Shown here: positions 27,462 to 36,946 of the stretch, piece by piece | Layout: each line of letters opens with the position of its first letter | How positions within the stretch are numbered: the first letter of the stretch is position 1 | Origin: Phycisphaerae bacterium | Lineage (GTDB): Bacteria > Planctomycetota > Phycisphaerae > UBA1845 | DNA: 64,000 nt | Assembly: GCA_963666835.2 (NCBI GenBank) | Contig: CAXXGO010000006.1 | Span: forward strand, 1,408,001-1,472,000 | Reading direction: 5' to 3' | Notes under the pieces: generated by a model | The model's input: only the letters and a program-made list of their open reading frames with translations | The model's database searches: none | Told to the model about the DNA's origin: nothing | Translations under genes and position numbers: made by a program

Positions 27462-29375
27462 CTACTTGCTCGCTACGTTCTTCGGATAACCGAGCTTGCT
27501 CAGAGACCCCGCTATCTCATCGAGAATCACGGGGTCATCGATCGTCGCCGGCATGCGATACTCGGTACCATCCGCAATCTTCTTCATGACCCCGCGGAGG
27601 ATCTTGCCCGACCGCGTCTTAGGTAGACGTTGAACGACGGTGGCGGTCTTGAAGGCGGCTACCGGACCGATCTTCTCGCGGACCATTTGAATCACCTCCT
27701 TGGTGACTTCGCTGTGATCGCGATCGACCCCGGCTTTCAGAACGATGAAGCCCACCGGGATCTCGCCCTTGAGTTGATCGGCCACGCCCATGACGGCGCA
27801 TTCCGCCACGTCCGGGTGGGAGGCCAGTACTTCTTCCATGCCGCCGGTGGACAGCCGATGTCCGGCAACGTTGATGATGTCGTCGGTCCGGCCCATGATG
27901 AACAGATAGTCGTCTTCGTCCTTGAAGCCGGCGTCGCTGGTGATGTAGTAGCCGGGGAATTCCGACAGATACGAGTCTTTGAACCCCTCGTCGTTATTCC
28001 ACAGTGTCGGCAGGCAGCCCGGCGGCAACGGTAGTTTGACCACGATATTGCCGATCTTTCCGGGCGGCAGTGTCTCGCCACCGTCGTCCAGTACTTGTAC
28101 GTTGAAGCCGGGAGCGGCCTTGGTGGGCGAGCCGGGTTTTACCGGCAGTCCTCCGAGCCCCATGCAGTTTGCGGCGATTGACCAAGCCGTCTCGGTCTGC
28201 CACCAGTGATCTATCACCGGTACCCCGAGCCTCTCCTTCGACCAGTTCAACGTATCCGGGTCGCACCGCTCCCCGGCCAGGAACAGGGTTCGCAGGCTCG
28301 ACAGGTCGTACTTCTTCATGTAATCGCCGGCGGCGTCTTCCCGCTTGATCGCCCGGATCGCCGTCGGCGCGGTGAACAGCACGTTGACTTTGTGATCTGA
28401 GACCACCCGCCAGAACGCTCCCGGGTCCGGTGTGCCGACGGGTTTGCCTTCGAAAAGAACGGTCGTGCATCCCTTCAACAGAGGTCCGTAGATTATGTAC
28501 GAATGGCCCACCACCCAGCCGATGTCGGACGCCGCCCAGTACACATCGCCTGCGTCCACGTTGTAGACCGTCTTCATGCTCCATTTCATTGCCACCGCAT
28601 GGCCGCCGTGGTCGCGAACCACCCCCTTGGGGATCCCGGTGGTTCCGGAGGTGTACAGGATGTACAGGGGGTCAGTTGCCGCAACGGACACGCACTCGGC
28701 CGGCTCGGCCCCGTCCAGAACCGCATCCCAATCGAGGTCCCGCCCGTCCATCATATTGGCCTTGGCCTGGGGACGCTGGCGGATGATGCAATGCGTGGGT
28801 TTGGACTCGGCGATCTCGATCGCCTCGTCCAGAAGCGGTTTGTATTCGATAACGCGTTTGCCTTCGATCCCGCACGACGCCGAGACGATGATCTTAGGCT
28901 TGGCATCGTTGATCCTGGTAGCGAGTTCCTTGGCCGCGAAGCCGCCGAATACTACCGAGTGTACCGCCCCCAAGCGTGCGCAGGCGTACACGGCCACGAC
29001 TGCTTCGGGGATCATGGGCATGTAGATGATGACCCGATCACCCTTCTGGACGCCCTGGCGGCGCAATGCCCCCGCGAACGCGGCGACCTCGTCGCGGAGT
29101 TCCCGATAGGTGTATTTCCGCACGGTTTCGGTGACCGGGCTGTCGTAGATCAAGGCCGGCTGCTCTCCCCGCCCGTTCAAAACGTGGAAATCGAGTGCGT
29201 TGTAGCATGTATTGATCATTCCGCCGGAGAACCAGCGGTAAAACGGCTTGTTCGAGTCGTCCAGTACTCGGTCCCATTTCCGATCCCAGTGAATATCCTC
29301 CGCCACCTCACCCCAGAATCCCGTGGGGTCGTCGATCGATCTGCGGTAGTAGGAGTCGTAAGCCGCTTGGTCCAT
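27462..29375 (-). CDS. prpE: Propionyl-CoA synthetase / acetate--CoA ligase family
   Basis: YILYTSGTTGIPKG, DHWWQTET, GRTDDIINVAGHRLS, LPKTRSGKILR; start at ATG 29375. Confidence 0.85.
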   Translation of the reverse strand: MDQAAYDSYYRRSIDDPTGFWGEVAEDIHWDRKWDRVLDDSNKPFYRWFSGGMINTCYNALDFHVLNGRGEQPALIYDSPVTETVRKYTYRELRDEVAAFAGALRRQGVQKGDRVIIYMPMIPEAVVAVYACARLGAVHSVVFGGFAAKELATRINDAKPKIIVSASCGIEGKRVIEYKPLLDEAIEIAESKPTHCIIRQRPQAKANMMDGRDLDWDAVLDGAEPAECVSVAATDPLYILYTSGTTGIPKGVVRDHGGHAVAMKWSMKTVYNVDAGDVYWAASDIGWVVGHSYIIYGPLLKGCTTVLFEGKPVGTPDPGAFWRVVSDHKVNVLFTAPTAIRAIKREDAAGDYMKKYDLSSLRTLFLAGERCDPDTLNWSKERLGVPVIDHWWQTETAWSIAANCMGLGGLPVKPGSPTKAAPGFNVQVLDDGGETLPPGKIGNIVVKLPLPPGCLPTLWNNDEGFKDSYLSEFPGYYITSDAGFKDEDDYLFIMGRTDDIINVAGHRLSTGGMEEVLASHPDVAECAVMGVADQLKGEIPVGFIVLKAGVDRDHSEVTKEVIQMVREKIGPVAAFKTATVVQRLPKTRSGKILRGVMKKIADGTEYRMPATIDDPVILDEIAGSLSKLGYPKNVASK

Positions 29376-29717
29376 CCGTTCTCTCCTGTCTGGCTCCACG
29401 TTGTTGTCAATGCTCGGCGGTCCGTAGTCGGGCGCCGCGTAGCGTACAGAATACCGAGCCGGCGGCTGGTCCGCCAGGGTGTCGCGACGGAAGGTGCGGC
29501 GCAATCGGGTGATTCGGTTGGGGGGACGTCTCGCCGGCGGTTATGGACCGTACTTTGGCCGTTCGACGCGGGGACGGACGGGGATGCCCCGAGAGAGCTC
29601 TTAGGCCCTCCGACGATCCGGGCAGTACACCGGCCGACCGCTTCGGGCGGGCCGAACGGAACCGTTCTTACGGCAAAGTGACTATTTGCTGTCACTGGCA
29701 CCGCACTTAGGGTGAGG

Positions 29718-30374
29718 TCACGGACGAGCCATACCCTCGCGAATGGCGAAGCGAGTCAGTTCAACGCGGTCGTGGATTCCGAGTTTCGCCATCAGGTTCG
29801 CTGCGTGCCGATCGATGGTCTTCACACTGAGGTCCATTGTGGCGGCGATTTCCTTTTTGGCCAGTCCACGGGCGATGTACTGCAGGATCTCGTGTTCCCG
29901 GGGGGTCAGCGTCGAGACCCGCGTCTTGGATCGCTCGGCAAGCTTGATGGATCCGGAGTCGATAACGATGCGCGAGCGGACCTCCTCGGAGAAGAACGCT
30001 CCTCCGGCCGCGACCTCGCGGATGGCGGTTACGACAACCTCGGGCGGCTCGCGCTTGGTGATGTACCCGCTGGCCTTGGCCTGCAGGGCCTGCTCGATAT
30101 AGCGATCGTGGCAGAACGCGCTGAGGAAGATTATCCGCGCCCCGAGTTGGAAATCGACGATTCTCCGCGCCGCGTCGAACGGAATCAGGCCCGGCATGTC
30201 AATGTCCATCAGGACCACGTCGGGCTTAGAGTCCATGGTTTTCTCGATGGCCTCATCGGCTGTGCCGGCAGTTCCCACCACCGACATATCCGTCTCGCGG
30301 GAGAGTCTTTCCCGGACGGCCCCGCGCACCAGCGCGTGGTCGTCCACGATTAGAATGCGAATGTTGCTGTTCAT
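29718..30374 (-). CDS. NarL/LuxR-family response regulator
   Basis: ILIVDDHALVR, DVVLMDIDMPG, LTPREHEIL..LSVKTIDRH HTH. Confidence 0.93.
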   Translation of the reverse strand: MNSNIRILIVDDHALVRGAVRERLSRETDMSVVGTAGTADEAIEKTMDSKPDVVLMDIDMPGLIPFDAARRIVDFQLGARIIFLSAFCHDRYIEQALQAKASGYITKREPPEVVVTAIREVAAGGAFFSEEVRSRIVIDSGSIKLAERSKTRVSTLTPREHEILQYIARGLAKKEIAATMDLSVKTIDRHAANLMAKLGIHDRVELTRFAIREGMARP

Positions 30375-32962
30375 GCTTCGACCACAGCCTCCTCTACAGG
30401 TTCGGCGAACATAGATGCCGCCAGAGAAGTGAGCTCACCCATCTGAAAGGGCTTCCGCAATACGCATAGTCGTTTACCGAGTTCGTCAGAGAACTCCGGG
30501 CTTGTGCCTCCGGTGACGATGATGACCGGGAGATCGGGATAGGACGTTCGGATATCGCTCAGGCACGAGCGTCCGCTCTTCTTGGGCAGGTCCATGTCCA
30601 GCACCACCAGCCGCAAGCCCGGACCGTATTCCTCGACGAGATCCATAGCCTCGACCCCGTCCTTCGCCTGAATGACCTCGTGATGCTCCGCCCGCAGAGT
30701 TGAGGCCATGATTGACCGAATGTGCCACTCGTCCTCAACAAGCAGGACCAGCTCTCCCCGTCCGGAGGGCGTTCTGTCCTTGCGCGAACTCGGCACCACG
30801 TCCGGGGGGACCGTGCAGACTGGCAGCCAGACGGAGAAGCGCGTGCCTTTCTGACAAGCGGTCTTTACACCGATGTGCCCGCCATGGTCGGCCACGATGC
30901 TGTGGATGACCGACAATCCCAGCCCCGTACCTCTCCCGCGGCCCTTGGTGGTGAAGAACGGTTCGAAGATCCGGCCGACCTTGTCCGCGGGGATGCCGCA
31001 TCCGGTATCTTCAACCGCAAGAACCACGCCCGCGCGCCGATGGTCGGCGAAACCCAGCGGTACGCCGAGCTCCGCCCCATCCGACTCCGCGCGGACCGTG
31101 ATGTTCAAGGCGCCCCCGTCCGGCATGGCGTCGCGGGCGTTGAGCGCCATGTTCATGATGACCTGCTGAAGTTGCGTGGCATCGGCGTTGACCCACACCG
31201 CCGGTGCGGAGGCGGTATTGTCGGTGATCTCGATCCCGGCCGAGAGCACCCGACGCAGCAGCCGAGTGGACTCGCGCACCACACTCACCAGATCTACCAG
31301 GGCCTTCGTCGTAGGCACCTTATGAGCGAAGGTCAGCAAGGACTTGGTTACCCCGCTGGCCTGTTGGGAAGCCTCTTCGACGATGTCAAGCGAGCGCACG
31401 GCCGGATGCCCTTCGGGCAAGGTCTCTCTGGCCAGGTCCGTATATGCGAAGATCACGGTCAGCAAGTTGTTGAAATCATGAGCGATACCACTGGAGAGGG
31501 TGCCGACGGCATCCATCTTCTGGGCGTGCCTGAGTTGCTCCTCCAGTTCGATTCTCTCGCGGTCCGCCTGCTCGCGGGCGGTGATGTCTTGGGAGACCTC
31601 GATGACGCCGACGACTTCGTTTCGGTTGTTGCGTACCGGATGACCGCGTACGAGCCAAACACGGTCTTCGGAGATCTTCATCTTCGTTTCCTGCGACCGG
31701 CCCGTCCGGACGGCTTCAACCACGGGGCAACCTTCGCAGCTTACGCCCCGACCGTGCCACGCCTCGTAGCATTTCCTTCCGGTGACCTTCCCGCCTCTGT
31801 CACCGGCCATAGCCAGCGCCGTGCGGTTCGCCCAGATTATGTTCAGGTCCGTATCGTGATAAACGACGTATTCCTGCATTCCATCGAGAACCGCGGCCTT
31901 CTCGCGTTCGGCTATCCACAGGGCTTCTTCCGCCTGTTTGCGATCGGTAATGTCGCGAATGCTCGAACGGTGGCCGAGGCAATCTCCATCCGGGTTGAAG
32001 ATCGGCTGCCACGAGGCAGCGCACCATCGAATCTCCTCATTCTTGCGACGAATGCGAAACGAGACGTCCTCTCCGGAGGTGCGCTTGGTGACGGTTTCCT
32101 CGAAGACGCCCGCCATCCTTGCGCGGTCGTCCTCGTGGATCAACGTCCACGGATAACCCGGCATCCGCAAGCATTCGTCAACCGAATAGCCGGTGATGCG
32201 CTCCACCGCCGGGTTTATCCAGAGCACTTTTCCATCGGGGTCGACCCAGTGTTCCCAATTGAAGGAGTAATCGGCGATGGCTCGGGAACGCTCTTCGGTA
32301 GCACGCAGCGCTTCTTCCGCCTGGCGACGCTCGGTCATATCCAACACCGCCGTGATTCGCACGTCGGAGCTGTCCTTTGAGAGGGGCTTGGTGCAAACTG
32401 AAACGGGGAACAGCGTACCGTCCTTCTTGACGGCGTGGATATCATACGGCTCCACCGCGCCGGATCGAGTCCGGTCGCGCGCGGTGGCACGATCCCCTGG
32501 AGCGACAAACCGCAACAGCCGGTTCCCGACCAAGGCCGGAGTTTCCCATCCCAACATCCGGCCGAGTGCTTCGTTGACGTCGATGATCCGGTTCTCGTCG
32601 TGAATCACCATCCCCTCGAAAGTGGCATTAGCCAGCCGCCGAAACCGGCGTTCACCCCGAGCCAGGGCGTCCTGCGAACGGGCGATCGCCTGGAAATACG
32701 GTCCAATGGTAGCGACGCCGGCCAGCATAAGCGCGGAGATGGTCAGCCCGACCAGCTCGGAGGCAAGATCCGGAGGGCGAAGAACGTGCCCGGTGGCAAT
32801 CGCCGAGAGCGTAACGAGCCGACGAACCGCCGCGAAGCAAAAGGCTGTTGCGATCAACCGCCAACACAGTCGGCGGCCAGTAACTCTCACAAGCCGAAGT
32901 GCCAGAGCCGCGGCAATGAACTGGACACCGGCGGATATCGCCAACAGTATCGTCGCGAACAT
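30371..32962 (-). CDS. Membrane-bound PAS-domain hybrid sensor histidine kinase
   Basis: N-terminal TMs, 3 PAS domains, GIAHDFNNLL H-box, NARDAM, FEPFFTTKG..GTGLGL, C-terminal REC; 4-bp overlap with the regulator. Confidence 0.92.
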   Translation of the reverse strand: MFATILLAISAGVQFIAAALALRLVRVTGRRLCWRLIATAFCFAAVRRLVTLSAIATGHVLRPPDLASELVGLTISALMLAGVATIGPYFQAIARSQDALARGERRFRRLANATFEGMVIHDENRIIDVNEALGRMLGWETPALVGNRLLRFVAPGDRATARDRTRSGAVEPYDIHAVKKDGTLFPVSVCTKPLSKDSSDVRITAVLDMTERRQAEEALRATEERSRAIADYSFNWEHWVDPDGKVLWINPAVERITGYSVDECLRMPGYPWTLIHEDDRARMAGVFEETVTKRTSGEDVSFRIRRKNEEIRWCAASWQPIFNPDGDCLGHRSSIRDITDRKQAEEALWIAEREKAAVLDGMQEYVVYHDTDLNIIWANRTALAMAGDRGGKVTGRKCYEAWHGRGVSCEGCPVVEAVRTGRSQETKMKISEDRVWLVRGHPVRNNRNEVVGVIEVSQDITAREQADRERIELEEQLRHAQKMDAVGTLSSGIAHDFNNLLTVIFAYTDLARETLPEGHPAVRSLDIVEEASQQASGVTKSLLTFAHKVPTTKALVDLVSVVRESTRLLRRVLSAGIEITDNTASAPAVWVNADATQLQQVIMNMALNARDAMPDGGALNITVRAESDGAELGVPLGFADHRRAGVVLAVEDTGCGIPADKVGRIFEPFFTTKGRGRGTGLGLSVIHSIVADHGGHIGVKTACQKGTRFSVWLPVCTVPPDVVPSSRKDRTPSGRGELVLLVEDEWHIRSIMASTLRAEHHEVIQAKDGVEAMDLVEEYGPGLRLVVLDMDLPKKSGRSCLSDIRTSYPDLPVIIVTGGTSPEFSDELGKRLCVLRKPFQMGELTSLAASMFAEPVEEAVVEA

Positions 32963-33468
32963 GGGCCAGCCCTCGTACCACGGAAATCGCCGGTCGACAT
33001 CCCGATCGTCCGACGCGTTTCTGCCGTTCCAACGATGACGAGCCCGAGAGGTTGCCCTCTCGCGCACCGCCTTTCCTCCGACCCGGCACGAAGCTCACTC
33101 CAGTCCGGCCAGTCTCCGGCCGCCAGATCCGCGGGTCGGTCACACCCACAGTAGAAGATGCAAACAAACTCTCTTGTAGGACCCCAGACCGTCATTGTCA
33201 AGATAATACCGTAGTACGTTAACTTTCCCGCCAAGCCGACGAACCCTGTTGGGTCTGCGTGGATTCTGCCCAGGCGGGACCGGCATGATCTCAATCCGAT
33301 TGGGCGATCCTCGGCGTGCCGGCGTAATCCGCCGCGCGCAGTTACGTGCTCGCGCCGAGTGGCGCGCGGCATCTCGAAGGAGACGGCCAGGGTGACCGGG
33401 ATCGTGTCGGATGCCGACCGCGGTACGCCTTGCGCAGGCGAGAATCACGGCCAGCACAACGCCGACGG

Positions 33469-33870
33469 CTATCCCCACACTTCCTCATCGCCGGATTGGA
33501 GTCGCCCTAGCCTTCCTCCGGGTGTTTCACAGAACAGGATACTGCGCGGGGAACCGCATAGATCGAACAGTACCATCAACTCGCAGAACATGTCATCCAG
33601 GCTGCCCCGATCCGCCTGCGTCCACAGGCGCACGAGTTGTCCGCGATAGATGTAGGCCGTGATATGCCCGAAGTGGACCTTCAGGCATGGATCCGGGAGC
33701 CCGCGCTCCCGCGTGTAATACCAGGGCAGCATGCGATCTACGGCCCATTTGATGATCTCGCGATCCGCGTGGTTGACTATCACGGTGACCTCCACGACCT
33801 CTTTGAGGAACCCGGTCTGTAGACGCAGAAGCGCAGGGATTGTCTCCCGGTGCATATTCTCGGCGCGCAT
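33469..33870 (-). CDS. Hypothetical protein downstream of the sigma factor
   Basis: 133-aa ORF starting 21 bp after the sigma-factor stop; no family recognised. Confidence 0.45.
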   Translation of the reverse strand: MRAENMHRETIPALLRLQTGFLKEVVEVTVIVNHADREIIKWAVDRMLPWYYTRERGLPDPCLKVHFGHITAYIYRGQLVRLWTQADRGSLDDMFCELMVLFDLCGSPRSILFCETPGGRLGRLQSGDEEVWG

Positions 33871-33891
33871 GATGAACCCGGCGTGGGGTGA

Positions 33892-34671
33892 TTATGCAAG
33901 AGCATAGCGCGCCTCCGGTGATCCGAAGCGACTCCGCAGTTTTTCGATTACCTGCCGATGGATTTGACTCACGCGCGACTCGGAAAGACCCATCGCTGCT
34001 CCGGTTTCTGCCATCGTCAGGTCATCGAAGTAGTACAAGATCAGAACCGTTCGTTCCGCCGCACACAATCCGCGGCTTATGTAGTTCCGCAGCATCTCGC
34101 GGGCGACTTTCGCCCAGGGGGCCGGTTCACTGATGCTTGCGATTTCCGGTATCCCGGTGCGGTGGGCATAATCGTCGTGGTTCATCGACGGCAAGGCGCT
34201 GAACTGGATGCAGACCCCTGCCCGGGCGCGGCGCAGCAGTCGCTCGTACTCGCGGTACTTCAATCCCATGCGGGCGGCCACCTCGCGGTCCGTCACTTGG
34301 CGGCCGGTTTCCGAGCCGGCTATCTCGGCGGCCTGACAGCGAAGGCGTTCGAACTCCCGCACTGCCCGGGGCTGCGGGTCCGTTGCGCGGAGCCAGTCCA
34401 GAACCGCTCCGCTGATTCGCTTGCTTGCGAAAGTCTCGAATTTGACTCCACGGGCCGGATCGAACGTATCTATGGCCGTCCATAGCCCGTCAAACGCTGC
34501 ACTGGCGATCTCGTCGGGCGAAACCTGGACGGACAGACGGCGCGCGAGTTTCCGAGTGTGCGCTTTTATCAGGAAGCTGTAACGCACGACAAGTTCGTTA
34601 CGCGTTGCGCTATCACGAGAACGGGCGAATCGTTCCCACAGTTCACTTTGAGACCGGGCGCGCGTATTCAT
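33892..34671 (-). CDS. FliA/WhiG-family RNA polymerase sigma factor
   Basis: RNELVVRY, FDPARGVKFETFASKRISGAVLDWLR, LYYFDDLTMAETG..LSESRVSQIH; AGGAG RBS. Confidence 0.9.
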   Translation of the reverse strand: MNTRARSQSELWERFARSRDSATRNELVVRYSFLIKAHTRKLARRLSVQVSPDEIASAAFDGLWTAIDTFDPARGVKFETFASKRISGAVLDWLRATDPQPRAVREFERLRCQAAEIAGSETGRQVTDREVAARMGLKYREYERLLRRARAGVCIQFSALPSMNHDDYAHRTGIPEIASISEPAPWAKVAREMLRNYISRGLCAAERTVLILYYFDDLTMAETGAAMGLSESRVSQIHRQVIEKLRSRFGSPEARYALA

Positions 34672-35503
34672 GTTCAGGACTCCTTTCCAAGAATGGAATA
34701 CGGTTGCGATTAGAGGGAAAGGTTCGGGCCGAAGGAGCCGGCCGAGTCCGGGACTGCGTGGGGGATGATCCGCCCGAACTGCCGACCGAGCGCGGGGACG
34801 GATGACGTAACCTGATGCAACACAACGCGAAGAGCGAGGGGGTCATCGGGGTAGCCCACAGCAGTAATCCAAACCCTGATGGTGTTGCACCTCGTTAGAG
34901 TCATCATGCATCGTCTCAGCCTCCTTGCTTCGAAGATGCCGTCCGCCGGCTCGGCCGACACAGTCCGGACGACGTCGATAGCCCCCTCCTTCATGCGGAT
35001 GGAGGCGATCCTGCGAATGCTGCTCGGGTCGGCTCCGAAGACAGTGGTCAGGGATGATCCCGGTGACCATCCTGTCGTCAAACACCGACACACTTGTGAC
35101 ACTTCACTTTTCAGCAGTGAATCGGGCGATCCGTGCCCGGCGAGTCCCCACACCTCCTCGGGTGTGTTAATGGCGTGGGCTGCGCGACCCCCTCATGGTG
35201 CGCGTCACCTATAATCTACCCCATATTCTCGGACCGGCAATTGGGTAATCCTCCTCAGGGTCATGGCTCTGAACGTTCCAGCGTATGGAACCCACCCCAT
35301 CCGGCGTGCTTCGGAGGTGCGGTCCGCTACAGGTTGTGGATGTAGGGACTACTCCCCAATTTAACAGGATCAGTCCCGGGCATAATTGGTTTTCGATCCG
35401 TGTTCGAGGTGGAAGGTGGACGCGTAAACCTGAGGTCCCGCCAGACTGAGCGGGGCAGCTTTGACTACCTTCGCGAGCTCGGCGTTGGCGCTATGGTCGT
35501 TGG

Positions 35504-35896
35504 TCAGGCTTCGTTGCCGGCGCCCGGCTTATCCACGTCTGACGACGACTTTCCTGGGTGGGCCGCAGTATCGAGTGCCTCGGTGATGGCAATATGGCGG
35601 GCGAGCAGCGTGACTTCGCGCTGCAGCCGACGCAGGCGTGAATATACCATCAGGAATCCCGTCATCATGACGACAACGGCGCAATACAGAATGAGATCGG
35701 CTCCGCGACCGATGCCCAGCCTACGCGCCGCGGCTACCGTAAGCTCGGGGAAGGCCATCGCGATGCCGGCCGCGAGCCACAACAACGCCCAGAGGATCCC
35801 GTCCCGCCGGGAAACGATCCCCCGTGCTATCGCCAGGATAGTGACAATAAAAAGGCATAAGAGAATACCAAGCGCCAGGATCTGAAAGGCGTTCAT
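35504..35896 (-). CDS. DUF2304 family membrane protein
   Basis: W..LW..FPEL..AARRLGIGRGADLILY..EVTLLARHIAI; 4-bp overlap with the GT2 gene. Confidence 0.85.
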   Translation of the reverse strand: MNAFQILALGILLCLFIVTILAIARGIVSRRDGILWALLWLAAGIAMAFPELTVAAARRLGIGRGADLILYCAVVVMMTGFLMVYSRLRRLQREVTLLARHIAITEALDTAAHPGKSSSDVDKPGAGNEA

Positions 35897-36615
35897 CGGA
35901 TCATCCTGCCGAAAATGTAGTGAATCAGAATCCGGATTGCTCCGCGCGCCGACTGCCCCTTCGCCAGGGAGTAATCCGTGTAACGCACCCGAACCGGTAC
36001 CTCGCGATATTCGAGCCGGTTTTGCCTGATTTGATCGAGCAGCTCACTTGCGTGCGCCATGCGATCGAGGGTTATGTTCATCTGCTCCGCCGCCGGCCGC
36101 GAGAATGCCCGGAGTCCGTTATGTGTATCCGTCACCCGCACGCGACTGACGGCGCGCGTGAAGAGTACGGCCAGGCGCAAGAGCATTCGGCGCGAGAGCG
36201 GCATTTCGAACGTCTCGCCCAAGAACCGCGATCCCAAAGACACGTCGCAGGTGCCGGCGTGAATCGGTGCCACGAGCGCCGCAATATCATCAACCTCGTG
36301 CTGTCCATCGCTATCGAAGCTGACGATGTACTCAGCTCCGCGGGCGAGGGCAAACATGATCCCCGTCTGCAATGCCGCCCCTTGGCCGCGGTTGACCGGA
36401 TGACGCAACACGTACGTTGCGCTGTCTCGCGCTGCGGCGAAGGTGTCGTCCGTCGAACCGTCGTCCACGACAACCACGTTGGGATAGAGTGCGCGCACCT
36501 TGGCCGAAACCTGAGCAATGCAGGCGGATTCGTTGAACGCCGGCATCACTACAAACGTTCGCGCGATGACCTCGGCGGGCAGGCTATCATTCGATGGTGA
36601 TGGGCTATCCGTCAT
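35893..36615 (-). CDS. Glycosyltransferase family 2 (polyprenol-phosphate sugar synthase-like)
   Basis: VVMPAFNE, VVDDGSTD, NRGQGAAL, FDSDGQH, GSRFLG, DTHNGLRAFS. Confidence 0.9.
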   Translation of the reverse strand: MTDSPSPSNDSLPAEVIARTFVVMPAFNESACIAQVSAKVRALYPNVVVVDDGSTDDTFAAARDSATYVLRHPVNRGQGAALQTGIMFALARGAEYIVSFDSDGQHEVDDIAALVAPIHAGTCDVSLGSRFLGETFEMPLSRRMLLRLAVLFTRAVSRVRVTDTHNGLRAFSRPAAEQMNITLDRMAHASELLDQIRQNRLEYREVPVRVRYTDYSLAKGQSARGAIRILIHYIFGRMIR

Positions 36616-36946
36616 GCAAACCATCCACGTAACGCCGGCAACTGACCCCGATCCGGGTGCAAAACGCGACCCGAACGATCTTCGACCGGACATATCGTAA
36701 GTGCCAACGGGCGTACGATCTACTTCCGGCTACCAAGAGTGTTATCCGAGTTGTCGGTTTCGCCAGAACTCCGCTAAAGTAGAAGTGTGCGATGGTCGGG
36801 CGGGACGGTGGGGTTATGGCCGAAAGATCCCGTTCGGCGTAGAACGGATTGTCGACCTCGCGAGCGGCGATGGCCGCGAGAGGCGTCGGTTTGGCGAAGT
36901 GAGCACCCGTTGCGGTCCGCGATTTGAGTGATAATGGAGAGACCAC

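Noticed and set aside
30722..32380. 552-aa + strand ORF
   Set aside because: Antisense shadow of the histidine kinase.
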